A stretch of 53,925 bases of DNA from Sphingomonadales bacterium (GTDB lineage Bacteria; Pseudomonadota; Alphaproteobacteria; Sphingomonadales; Sphingomonadaceae), in assembly GCA_038209235.1 (NCBI GenBank), contig JBBQXX010000001.1:1-53925 (forward strand), in the 5' to 3' direction. This document shows, one piece after another, positions 45,607 through 53,925 of the stretch. The translations under genes were made by a program, and so were the position numbers. Within the stretch, counting starts at the first letter, position 1. Every line of letters starts with the position of its first letter. The notes under the pieces were generated by a model, which ran no database searches, was not told where the DNA came from, and saw nothing but the letters and a program-made list of their open reading frames with translations.

Positions 45607-46089
45607 TCATAGAGCGATTTCGATATGCTTTCCGGCCATGTCGCTGGCCTTCATCGTACCGCCGAACATCATTTTGAGCTTGCCCATCATCGACATATCG
45701 GCCTGCCACACTTCGATGTGATCGGGATCAAAACGCAGCATTATAAGATCAGGGTCGGACTTGCCCTGCGGATACCAAACTTCCACCGAGTTCGACCAGA
45801 ATTTGTCGATCATCGCGCGATCATTGTCGATCGTCAGCAAACCGGAGATACAAGCGAACAGTTTGTGCGCTTCACCGACATATTGCGCCATGGCATTATT
45901 GGTTGAGCTCAGCCCCTCGACCAAGCGGCTCGACCGCGTCCCGTAAAACCAGATCGGCCCGTCATGCCCATCAAACTGAGCGGTCATCGGCTGGCTATGC
46001 GCGACCTGCGAAGGCAGACCCAGCATGACGAAGGGGCTGCTTTCAAGCGCGCTCCAGAATGCATCGAGCGATTCATAAGTATCTGACAT
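45607..46089 (-). CDS. General stress protein, pyridoxamine 5'-phosphate oxidase-like (GSP26 type)
   Basis: PMTAQ, IWF, FACISG.L and W...V..WY..GK.DP motifs; AGGAG RBS. Confidence 0.85.
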   Translation of the reverse strand: MSDTYESLDAFWSALESSPFVMLGLPSQVAHSQPMTAQFDGHDGPIWFYGTRSSRLVEGLSSTNNAMAQYVGEAHKLFACISGLLTIDNDRAMIDKFWSNSVEVWYPQGKSDPDLIMLRFDPDHIEVWQADMSMMGKLKMMFGGTMKASDMAGKHIEIAL

Positions 46090-46117
46090 GGCCGTCTCCT
46101 GTGATTGATACAGAAGA

Positions 46118-46143
46118 TTACGGCTGGCCCCCAATGACGTTCC
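46118..46143 (-). promoter_or_regulatory. EcfG (sigma-T) general stress promoter
   Basis: Minus strand reads GGAAC-N16-CGTAA, about 30 nt upstream of the general stress gene. Confidence 0.65.
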
Positions 46144-46332
46144 CGCACTGATCAAGCATCTTACCAGTCGGCATCGACCAAGCCCACCGGCGCGCCAATA
46201 TTCAGGCGAAACCCAACCGGACGCTGTGCCATGCGCACATAATCGGACCAGGATCGCCCGGCGGTAGCATGTCTTTGCCGCGCGCCGGGCTAAACTCAGT
46301 CCAATCCAAAACGGATCGGGACCGCGCTTTTG

Positions 46333-47508
46333 TCAGAACACCTCGAACAGCCCGGCAGCGCCCATGCCGCCGCCGACGCACATGGTGACGACGACATATT
46401 TCGCGCCGCGACGCTTGCCTTCGATTAGCGCGTGCCCGGTGCAGCGCGCACCGGTCATGCCATAGGGGTGACCGATCGAGATTGAGCCGCCGTTGACGTT
46501 GAGGATTTCATCGGGGATGCCCAACACGTCCTGGCAATACAGCACCTGCACCGCGAACGCCTCGTTGAGTTCCCACAAACCGATGTCGTCCATCTTCAGG
46601 CCGAAGCGCTTGAGCAGTGGCGGCACCGCGAAAACCGGGCCGATGCCCATTTCGTCAGGCTCGGTTCCGGCTGCTGCCATGCCGATATAGCGGCCCAGCG
46701 GCTGCAACCCTTTTTGCTCGGCGATCTTGGCTTCCATGATCACGCACGACGATGCACCGTCGGAAAGCTGGCTGGCATTGCCTGCGGTGATGTTCATGCC
46801 TGGCCCCATCACGGGTTGCAGGCCATTGAGCCCTGCCAGCGTCGTGTCGGCGCGATTGCCTTCATCCTTGGTCACCTCGACATCGGTCATCGTGACCTCG
46901 CCGGTTTCCTTGTTCTTGAATGCCATTTTGGCCCTCACCGGGATGATCTCGTCGTCGAACTTGCCGGCAGCCTGTCCGGCAGCGGTGCGCATCTGCGAGC
47001 GATAGGCATATTCGTCCTGCCGGTCGCGGCTGATATTGTAGCGCGCAGCGACCGTCTCGGCGGTCTGCAACATCGGCATATAGACATTGTTGTGCATCGC
47101 CAGCAGCTCGGGGTCTGGCGCGACACGCATTTCCGGCGTTTGCACCATCGAGATCGATTCGACCCCGCCAGCCACCACGATATCCATACGATCAACGATC
47201 ACCTGCTTGGCGGCGGTGGCAATGGCCATCACGCCTGACGAGCACTGGCGGTCGATCGACATTCCCGCAACCGTGACCGGCAGGCCGGCGCGAAGCGCAG
47301 CGGTGCGGCCGATGGTGTGCTGCACGCCTTGCTGGAGTGCCGCACCGTAGACGACGTCATCCACTTCGCCGCCTTCGATTCCGGCGCGCTCGACAGCGGC
47401 GCGGATCGAATGGGCGGCGAGCGTCGGCGATGGCGTCGCGTTGAAGCCACCGCGATACGCTTTGCCGATGGGGGTGCGGGCGGTCGAAACAATAACTGCA
47501 TCACGCAT
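46333..47508 (-). CDS. Acetyl-CoA C-acyltransferase (thiolase)
   Basis: [37 protein letters not shown] and C.GGG.G motifs. Confidence 0.96.
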   Translation of the reverse strand: MRDAVIVSTARTPIGKAYRGGFNATPSPTLAAHSIRAAVERAGIEGGEVDDVVYGAALQQGVQHTIGRTAALRAGLPVTVAGMSIDRQCSSGVMAIATAAKQVIVDRMDIVVAGGVESISMVQTPEMRVAPDPELLAMHNNVYMPMLQTAETVAARYNISRDRQDEYAYRSQMRTAAGQAAGKFDDEIIPVRAKMAFKNKETGEVTMTDVEVTKDEGNRADTTLAGLNGLQPVMGPGMNITAGNASQLSDGASSCVIMEAKIAEQKGLQPLGRYIGMAAAGTEPDEMGIGPVFAVPPLLKRFGLKMDDIGLWELNEAFAVQVLYCQDVLGIPDEILNVNGGSISIGHPYGMTGARCTGHALIEGKRRGAKYVVVTMCVGGGMGAAGLFEVF

Positions 47509-47558
47509 ATTAATTCTCCTTGATATCGCGGCTTTCGCTCACTGCGGAACCGACAGGT

Positions 47559-48017
47559 TCAAACGAAAAACTGGCTGATCCACTCGGCGAGCACCGCAGG
47601 CTTGTCTTCGCCTTCGATCTCGACAGAAAATTCAAGCGTCTGCTGCCACTGGCCGGGACGCTTTTCGTCAAGTTCGAGCAGCTTGAAATGGCCGCGAACG
47701 CGCTTGCCCGAACGCACCGGGGCAAGAAAGCGAACCTTGTTGCCGCCATAGTTGACGCCCATCTTGACGCCCTCGACATGGGGGCAGTCCGATTTTGCCA
47801 TCAGCACCGGAAAAAGCGAGAGCGTGAGAAAGCCATGCGCGATGGTGCCGCCGAACGGAGTCATCTTTGCCATCTCGTCGTTGACATGGATAAACTGGTG
47901 ATCGCCCGTCGCATCGGCAAACTTGTTGATCATGTCCTGATCGACCAGCAGCCATTCGGAAGTGCCTAAGGTCTGGCCCACCATGCCCTGCATTTCCTGT
48001 GCGGAAATTGCCTTCAT
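47559..48017 (-). CDS. MaoC family dehydratase
   Basis: FADATGDHQFIHV, FGGTIAHGFLTLS and NYG..KVRF..PV motifs. Confidence 0.93.
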   Translation of the reverse strand: MKAISAQEMQGMVGQTLGTSEWLLVDQDMINKFADATGDHQFIHVNDEMAKMTPFGGTIAHGFLTLSLFPVLMAKSDCPHVEGVKMGVNYGGNKVRFLAPVRSGKRVRGHFKLLELDEKRPGQWQQTLEFSVEIEGEDKPAVLAEWISQFFV

Positions 48018-48153
48018 TCTCGCTCTCCTGTCAATGGCCCGGCGATTGCCCTTTTGGCATGGTGCCGAACGGAACGCGCGTCTTCTGGCGCTTTTCTGAT
48101 CGATGCACAAGGCCCCGTGGCACGCCGCTACGGCATGCGGTCAGCCAGCCAAG

Positions 48154-48171
48154 GTTTACGCAAACGTAAAT
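48154..48171. promoter_or_regulatory. LiuR-like palindromic operator upstream of maoC-thiolase
   Basis: GTTTACGCAAACGTAAAT, one mismatch to TTTACGT-N2-ACGTAAA. Confidence 0.6.
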
Positions 48172-48197
48172 TTCACAAGCGGTTGCGAATCGCGGGA

Positions 48198-49376
48198 TCA
48201 GCGACTTTCGTCCCCTGGGCTACCATAGCCGCCTTCGGGGTAGGGCAGGACGAATTTGCCGTCGGGCGCTGCTGTAAAGCTGGTCTGGGTCGGGTAGGCA
48301 AATTCAAGGCCTTCTGCATTGCACCTCTCAAGGATCGCCAGCCCGATGCGGTGACGCGCCTCGAATACCACCTCGAAATCGCTGCTCATGATGTCGAAAT
48401 CCATCTCGAAATCGATCGAACTCGCGCCAAAACCGACAAATCCGCAGCGGATGAACACGCCGTTTGCCTGCTCCACCACTTCGCGCAGCATAGTTGGCAA
48501 CAGCCGCGCCTTGTCCGGGGGTGTCTGGTAAACCAGACCGATGCGATAGCGGGTGCGACGCCGGTTGAGCCGCGTGTAATTGATGATCAGTTTGGAGAGC
48601 AGATTGGTGTTCGAGATGATGATCTCTTCCCCCGTCAGCGAACGCAGCCGCGCGCTTTTCAGGCCGATTTTTTCGACCGTCGCCTGGGTCGAATCAAAGC
48701 CGATCGTCTCGCCACGTTTGAAGGGCTTGTCGAAGATGATCGACAGGGCTGCGAACAAATCCGAGAATATCCCTTGCGCGGCCAGACCGATAGCGATGCC
48801 GCCGATACCCAGACCCGCAATCAGGCCGGTGACATTCACCCCCAGATTGTCGAGCACCATGATCGCGGCGATGGAAAACAGCACCACGCTGACCAGCAGC
48901 TTGATCAGCGACATGGCGTTGGCGAGCGTCTCGCTGCCCTCATCGTCGCCCGCCAATGCACGGCGTTCGATGATGCCCAAAATGATCTCGCGCAGCCAGA
49001 TGGCGGCCTGGAACACCGACGCCACGGTGAACAGGAAACCGACCACCTGCACCATGCCCAGCGGCGCTTCTGAAAAGCCGACCACCAGCCGAACAGCGAC
49101 CATGATCAGGAAATACTGCTTGGTCTTGGAGAGGGTGCGCGCAATGATAGCCGACAGTGATAGCCTGTCAGGCTGTCGATCGGCATATATCCGGGCGCGC
49201 CGCTGAATATAAGCAAGCGCCAGATAAGTCGCGGTGCCAATGCCAACAGCAATCGCAATTTCAACCGCGTGGTTGGTTATCCATAACCAAAGGCCGTTGA
49301 GCCGAGCCCCGGCGTTCTCGGCGGTTAATGGAGTCGGGAGGATAGCAATGGCATCAGCCGAAAGTTTCGCGGTCAT
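48198..49376 (-). CDS. MscS family mechanosensitive channel
   Basis: LDNLG.N.T.L.AGLGIGGIAIGLAAQ, DKPF..G, VEKIGLK and FAYPTQ motifs. Confidence 0.95.
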   Translation of the reverse strand: MTAKLSADAIAILPTPLTAENAGARLNGLWLWITNHAVEIAIAVGIGTATYLALAYIQRRARIYADRQPDRLSLSAIIARTLSKTKQYFLIMVAVRLVVGFSEAPLGMVQVVGFLFTVASVFQAAIWLREIILGIIERRALAGDDEGSETLANAMSLIKLLVSVVLFSIAAIMVLDNLGVNVTGLIAGLGIGGIAIGLAAQGIFSDLFAALSIIFDKPFKRGETIGFDSTQATVEKIGLKSARLRSLTGEEIIISNTNLLSKLIINYTRLNRRRTRYRIGLVYQTPPDKARLLPTMLREVVEQANGVFIRCGFVGFGASSIDFEMDFDIMSSDFEVVFEARHRIGLAILERCNAEGLEFAYPTQTSFTAAPDGKFVLPYPEGGYGSPGDESR

Positions 49377-49403
49377 GCCCCGCAACTAGGGCGCACAGCA
49401 GTG

Positions 49404-50762
49404 TCATGCAACCCGCGCCGCTGCTCCCTGCTTGCTGAGCGGACGGTATGAGGCTTCCCTGCGGCGACGCGCCAGATATGTGTCCAGCCCGATCTGCAGC
49501 GCAATCAGCATATAAATAAACGGCTGAAATGCGATGCCGACAAACAACGACCCCACCAAGTAAATGATCTGGCCATTCTGCAACGCCAGCGCCAGCGGCA
49601 CCACCCAATCCTCCTCGGCCCGCGCCCGCTTTCGATAGAGCCGCTGCACCACCTCCATCCGCCAGATGCCGCCCAGATGGATGATCAGCCACATGATCAG
49701 CCCCGCAAAGCCCTGCTCGCCCAGCATCTCGAAATAGCTGGAGTGATAGGCACGGCCCGCATCATTGACCTCCTGCCTTTCGATCTGGGTGTTGGTGCCA
49801 TCGCCTTTGGCCGCGACGGTGTCGAATTTCACTTTGTTTTGCAGATACGCCTCAAATCCGCCGCCCATCGGATTGGTCTGGACATAATCCCATGTCCAGG
49901 CCCACACCGCTACGCGGGTCGAGGCGGATTGATCGGCTTTATACTCGCCGATTGTCGCCATGCGATTGGTGAAGCTTTGCGGCAGCACAGGGATCGACAG
50001 CACCGCCAGCGCCGCCGCCAGCCCCGCGTATACAAACCGGTAACGCACGAAGCGCAGCATCAGCAGCGCCAGCACGCCAATACATACCAGCCCGGTCCGC
50101 GCCTGGGTGCCAACCGGGATCAGCAGGCACGCAAAGACCAACGCCCATGCAAAGCCCTTTACCCGCCAATCGGGCGCAAACACCGTGCCGAATTTCGCCA
50201 GCCACAAGATCAACGGTATGATGCAGATCGCCACGGTCGATATGATCGAGCCTTCGTAAAGCCCGCTGTTGTCATCGACCAGCAGCCGCATGACACCATA
50301 GCCGCCACCGGTCGCCACCGTCTTGATGCCGCCGGTTATGATGATCGAACTGGCGCACAGCACCATCAACAGCGCCAGCGCCTCGATCCGCAATTTGGTC
50401 CGCAAGGTGAGCGGAAGGAACATCGCAAAGACCAGAGCCTTCCACACCCAGTCCCATTTGCCCTGCGCATCGATCGGGAAATCGGCAACGCTGGTGGTGT
50501 AGGCGCAATACACGAACAGCAACGCCATCACGCCCTGCCGAAATGAAACCCGCGTATCACGCTTGTCGTCGGCAATCAGCCAGCCCAGAAACGCAAGGCC
50601 AAAGACGACCAGCGAAACCGGCACCGCATTGAGCATCCAGTAGCTCAGCCGCTGCGGCGCGACGATATCGACATAGGCATAGACCAGCACGAATATGAAA
50701 GGCCGTTTGAATCCCAGCGCCAGAAACGCCATGAGAAAGCCGACAAAGGCAAGATCACGCAT
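49404..50762 (-). CDS. Putative O-glycosylation ligase, exosortase A-associated (TIGR03097-like)
   Basis: MRDL N-terminus, multiple TM helices, D.SA..R...W and HS.YF..LGE.G..G O-antigen-ligase motifs. Confidence 0.85.
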   Translation of the reverse strand: MRDLAFVGFLMAFLALGFKRPFIFVLVYAYVDIVAPQRLSYWMLNAVPVSLVVFGLAFLGWLIADDKRDTRVSFRQGVMALLFVYCAYTTSVADFPIDAQGKWDWVWKALVFAMFLPLTLRTKLRIEALALLMVLCASSIIITGGIKTVATGGGYGVMRLLVDDNSGLYEGSIISTVAICIIPLILWLAKFGTVFAPDWRVKGFAWALVFACLLIPVGTQARTGLVCIGVLALLMLRFVRYRFVYAGLAAALAVLSIPVLPQSFTNRMATIGEYKADQSASTRVAVWAWTWDYVQTNPMGGGFEAYLQNKVKFDTVAAKGDGTNTQIERQEVNDAGRAYHSSYFEMLGEQGFAGLIMWLIIHLGGIWRMEVVQRLYRKRARAEEDWVVPLALALQNGQIIYLVGSLFVGIAFQPFIYMLIALQIGLDTYLARRRREASYRPLSKQGAAARVA

Positions 50763-50928
50763 CGCGATCCTCCGGCTGCGGCCTGGCCTTGCGGCCGACG
50801 AAAAAGCCGCTGCCTACCTCGTCCATCGGCGGCCGCGTTTCCTTGTCGAGATCAGCACGCCAGACCAGCCGCCAGGCAGCAAGCGCGACCAGCAGATGCG
50901 CAACGGCGATGGCAAAATTATCGACCAT
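50755..50928 (-). CDS. Small membrane protein (57 aa)
   Basis: Below the ORF-track cutoff. Manual translation MVDNFAIAVAHLLVALAAWRLVWRADLDKE...EDRDA; stop overlaps the ligase start. Confidence 0.72.
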   Translation of the reverse strand: MVDNFAIAVAHLLVALAAWRLVWRADLDKETRPPMDEVGSGFFVGRKARPQPEDRDA

Positions 50929-51007
50929 GCATCCGGTTCCTGCCTGCGTTTCCTTATGCCCGACTATGCACAGCGCAGCATCCTGTCTACAGTCTTAGCG
51001 GCAATGG

Positions 51008-51023
51008 GTTGACGCGGCGTTAA
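51008..51023. promoter_or_regulatory. CtrA-like box in the divergent promoter region
   Basis: GTTGA-N7-TTAA (TTAA-N7-TCAAC on the minus strand), one mismatch to consensus. Confidence 0.45.
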
Positions 51024-51050
51024 TCCTTTTGCGCCATAGATTTGGCTGCC

Positions 51051-52298
51051 ATGACCCGGATACTGCACGTCCTCGACCACAGCCTGCCGCTACACAGCGG
51101 CTATGCGTTTCGCACCCGCGCCATCCTGACCGCGCAGCAGCGCGCCGGGCTGGAGGTACGCGGCGTCACCAGTGTACGGCATAACAATTCGTTGCCCGCA
51201 GGTTCGAAAATTGAGCCTGTCGAGGTCCATGATGGCCTGACCTTCCACCGCACGCTGGATGCGGTGTCCGGGCCACCGGGCCTGCGCGAGTGGCGCGATA
51301 TCGCAGCGCTTGCCCGCGCCACCGAAGGCACATGCCGCAGTTGGCGGCCCGATATCCTGCACGCGCATTCGCCGATGCTCGACGGATTGGCAGCGCTGCG
51401 TGTCGGCAGGAAGCTGGGAATTCCGGTATTGTACGAGATCCGCGCCTTCTGGGAAGACGCAGCGGTGGGCAATGGCACCGGCACGCAAGGCTCGGCCAAA
51501 TACTGGCTGACACGCCAGATGGAAAACCGCGCAATTGCCGGAGCCGACGCCGTGGCCGTGATCTGCGAAGGTCTGCGCGCTGACCTGATCGAACGCGGCG
51601 TTCCGGCGAGCAAGATCATGGTCTCCCCCAATGGCGTGGATATGGAACTGTTCGGCAGCCCTGCCCCCGCCGATCCGGCGCTGACCGAGGCGCTGGGGCT
51701 GACCGGCAAGACGGTGATCGGCTTCATCGGCAGCTTTTACCCCTATGAGGGTCTGGACGACCTGATTGCTGCGATGCCGATGCTGCTGGCGCACGATCCG
51801 GACATTGCGCTGTTGCTGATCGGGGGTGGCCCTGCCGAAGCTGCCTTGCGCGCGCAGGCCGCAGCCTCCACCGCTGCCGCAGCGATCCGCTTTGTCGGAC
51901 GAGTGCCGCATCGTCAGGTCGAGCGTTATTACAGCCTGATCGATATCCTTGCCTATCCGCGCAAGGCGATGCGGCTGACCGAGACCGTGACCCCGCTCAA
52001 ACCGCTAGAGGCGATGGCGCAGGGCCGGTTGGTGGCCGCATCCAACGTCGGCGGCCACCGCGAACTGATCACCGATGGCGTAACCGGAACGCTGTTTCCC
52101 GCCGATGATCCGGCAGGCATGGCCGCAGCGCTTGCCAATCTGGCACAGGCTCGCCACCTGTGGGACGATCGCCGCGCCGCAGCGCGGGCTTTTGTCGCCC
52201 AGGATCGCAACTGGGAGCGCAACGTTCAGCGTTATCAACCCGTTTACCAGACCATGCTAGACCGGCAATCATCAAGCCGCATTGCCGATGCTGCCTGA
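51051..52298 (+). CDS. GT4 glycosyltransferase, PEP-CTERM/exosortase A-associated (TIGR04063-like)
   Basis: ILHVLDHSLPLHSGY.FRT, HAHSP, YEIRAFWEDA, GSFY.YEGL and VTPLKPLEAMA motifs. Confidence 0.92.
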   Translation: MTRILHVLDHSLPLHSGYAFRTRAILTAQQRAGLEVRGVTSVRHNNSLPAGSKIEPVEVHDGLTFHRTLDAVSGPPGLREWRDIAALARATEGTCRSWRPDILHAHSPMLDGLAALRVGRKLGIPVLYEIRAFWEDAAVGNGTGTQGSAKYWLTRQMENRAIAGADAVAVICEGLRADLIERGVPASKIMVSPNGVDMELFGSPAPADPALTEALGLTGKTVIGFIGSFYPYEGLDDLIAAMPMLLAHDPDIALLLIGGGPAEAALRAQAAASTAAAAIRFVGRVPHRQVERYYSLIDILAYPRKAMRLTETVTPLKPLEAMAQGRLVAASNVGGHRELITDGVTGTLFPADDPAGMAAALANLAQARHLWDDRRAAARAFVAQDRNWERNVQRYQPVYQTMLDRQSSSRIADAA

Positions 52299-52490
52299 CG
52301 CGATACCGGTGGTTCGATCGTGACATTTGCATCCGCGTTCGGCTAGGTTGCAGGTCAATGTCAGAATCTTTAGGACCACTGGTAATTAACTGATTTTGGT
52401 GGATTTTATGATTTCTATATTTGCCACTGCCCGATCCGGCTTGAGAGATGCAAATGTCGAAATCGATCCACTAGCCGAGGCGTAGAACCG

Positions 52491-53925
52491 ATGACCGACG
52501 AGCTTACCGACGAGACCGGAGACCTGCAGGCGGCGGCCCAGCTTTCGCCTGTGCGGTATGCCGGGCTTATCGGCATTGGCGGCGGCGTGGTCGCAGGCTT
52601 TGCCAGCAGCTTCATTCCGATGAGCGCCATCGAAGGCTTTGTCAGCGCTTATGGCATCGCTGAACTGCTGCCCGCCGCCGCACCGCCGCTGGGCAACACC
52701 GCCCAACTGGCGCTCAGCGCCGGGATTGGAACACTGACCGCAGGGGCGCTGTTTGCATTGCTGCCGCGCAGGGAGACAAATGACATGGGTTCTGAAGCAA
52801 GCTTCGCGACAGGGAATGCAGAACCTGGCATGCAGCATGAAGCCGAATGGGCAGGAAAACCGACTCCATCGAGTGCTGGCTTTGTCGGCCCCAGATTAGG
52901 CGGATGGTTGCGCGGCTTGCGCTTTGGCAAACCCGAGGCCGCCGAGGGTGAGATCACCGATTTTGCAGACCTGAATCGCAAGCGTTTGCGGATGGCCGAT
53001 CAACATCCCGACGCTCCTGTTCGTGCGCCAATATTCGCCAGCAGCGATCTTGCCGAGCCGCTGGATGTGCCAGTGGCGGCACGCTCGATTGCCACGCCAT
53101 TGCCCGCTCAGGAAGAGATAGAAGACGCACAGCGGGTGGCACCGTTGGACCTGGGCGAAGACATGGCAGTTGCAGCAGAAGACGCCGCTGCCGAATTCAT
53201 GGCGCTATCAACGCGCTTTGCGCCGCCGCTGACCCAGGCGGAGGAGAACGAAGACACCACAGCGCCGCTGCGCCCGTTCGATACGGAGCGCAAAGCAGCG
53301 CTCACGCAGGCCACGGGTCCAAAATCCGGGGCTTCCCAAACCCCGCGTGAACCCTTGGTTGCAACAGCAGGTTCTGCTGCCCCGGCTACCGATGATCTTT
53401 CCCAGCTGAGCATCGCCGATCTGATCGGCCGCCTGGAAAGCGGACTGGATCGGCGCAAGGCTCAAGCTGTCGGCGCAATGGCATCGACGGCAGACTCAGG
53501 CCTTTCCGACACTCGCCACATCCGCCTTGCGCAAGCTGGCTCTGCCACGGCAAGCGGGAAAGAGCGCGAACCGGTCGATGCAGCAGATGCCACGCCGCCC
53601 GAAACCAGTCAGCGTTTCCCGCTTCGCCTTGATCGCGCCGAAACGGACATACTTGCTGAAGCAACCGGCTTTACCGCTTCTACCAACCGCCTGGCTTCTT
53701 TCGGGTACAGCGATACGTGGAACGGTGAGATTGAGTATCAGCAGCCTTCTGTCGGCAGTACGTCAACCCCGATTGAACCGACCTGGGTGGCTAGTGAACC
53801 TGTCATCAAGCAACACTCCAGCCCAACGCCGAATGTCGAACCGGTCAGCATGACCCAGACACCTGCAGCGGACGATATGGACGCCGCCTTGCGCGACGCG
53901 CTGGCTACCTTGCGGCAGTTGTCAG
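52491..53925 (+). CDS. Hypothetical membrane-anchored protein with long acidic low-complexity region (runs off the window)
   Basis: Absent from the ORF track, consistent with no stop in the window. Manual translation gives two N-terminal TM segments around LPAAAPPLG.TA and an R.AD.HPDAP.R.PIFA..DL motif; DDMDAALRDALATLRQLS at the window end is in the same frame. Confidence 0.8.
   Translation, partial: MTDELTDETGDLQAAAQLSPVRYAGLIGIGGGVVAGFASSFIPMSAIEGFVSAYGIAELLPAAAPPLGNTAQLALSAGIGTLTAGALFALLPRRETNDMGSEASFATGNAEPGMQHEAEWAGKPTPSSAGFVGPRLGGWLRGLRFGKPEAAEGEITDFADLNRKRLRMADQHPDAPVRAPIFASSDLAEPLDVPVAARSIATPLPAQEEIEDAQRVAPLDLGEDMAVAAEDAAAEFMALSTRFAPPLTQAEENEDTTAPLRPFDTERKAALTQATGPKSGASQTPREPLVATAGSAAPATDDLSQLSIADLIGRLESGLDRRKAQAVGAMASTADSGLSDTRHIRLAQAGSATASGKEREPVDAADATPPETSQRFPLRLDRAETDILAEATGFTASTNRLASFGYSDTWNGEIEYQQPSVGSTSTPIEPTWVASEPVIKQHSSPTPNVEPVSMTQTPAADDMDAALRDALATLRQLS

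Overview
GC-rich alphaproteobacterial chromosome segment; gene content and order suggest Sphingomonadales (inference). Most of it is housekeeping: tspO, gloB, tRNA-Tyr, rlmB, hup-lon, ybaB-dnaX-SRP RNA, a class A beta-lactamase at the end of a two-desulfurase plus ferredoxin operon, an aromatic catabolism cluster (FAH family, MarR, TonB receptor, maiA), glycosyltransferases, wecC, hslVU, a BepA-like/DsbA pair, a LytS/LytTR pair, tadA, rpmB, an ABC exporter, phaZ, a thiolase, MscS and exosortase A-associated genes. I saw no integrase, transposase, phage gene, rRNA or CRISPR array. The most notable region is 30.8-36.6 kb. There, a TIR-TM-SH3b-YARHG receptor-like gene lies 3 nt upstream of a TPR (TRAF-binding/TPR-S-like)-SLOG-like-class III nucleotide cyclase with non-canonical specificity residues. 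A second paralogous TIR-4TM gene and an HD-domain gene lie nearby. Together these are a candidate envelope-sensing, two-messenger signalling or defence relay. Also seen: a decayed secreted leucyl aminopeptidase pseudogene, several in-frame tandem repeats, and candidate RpoH, EcfG, CtrA, LiuR, PhaR and MarR sites. All family assignments come from motif recognition by eye, not from database searches.
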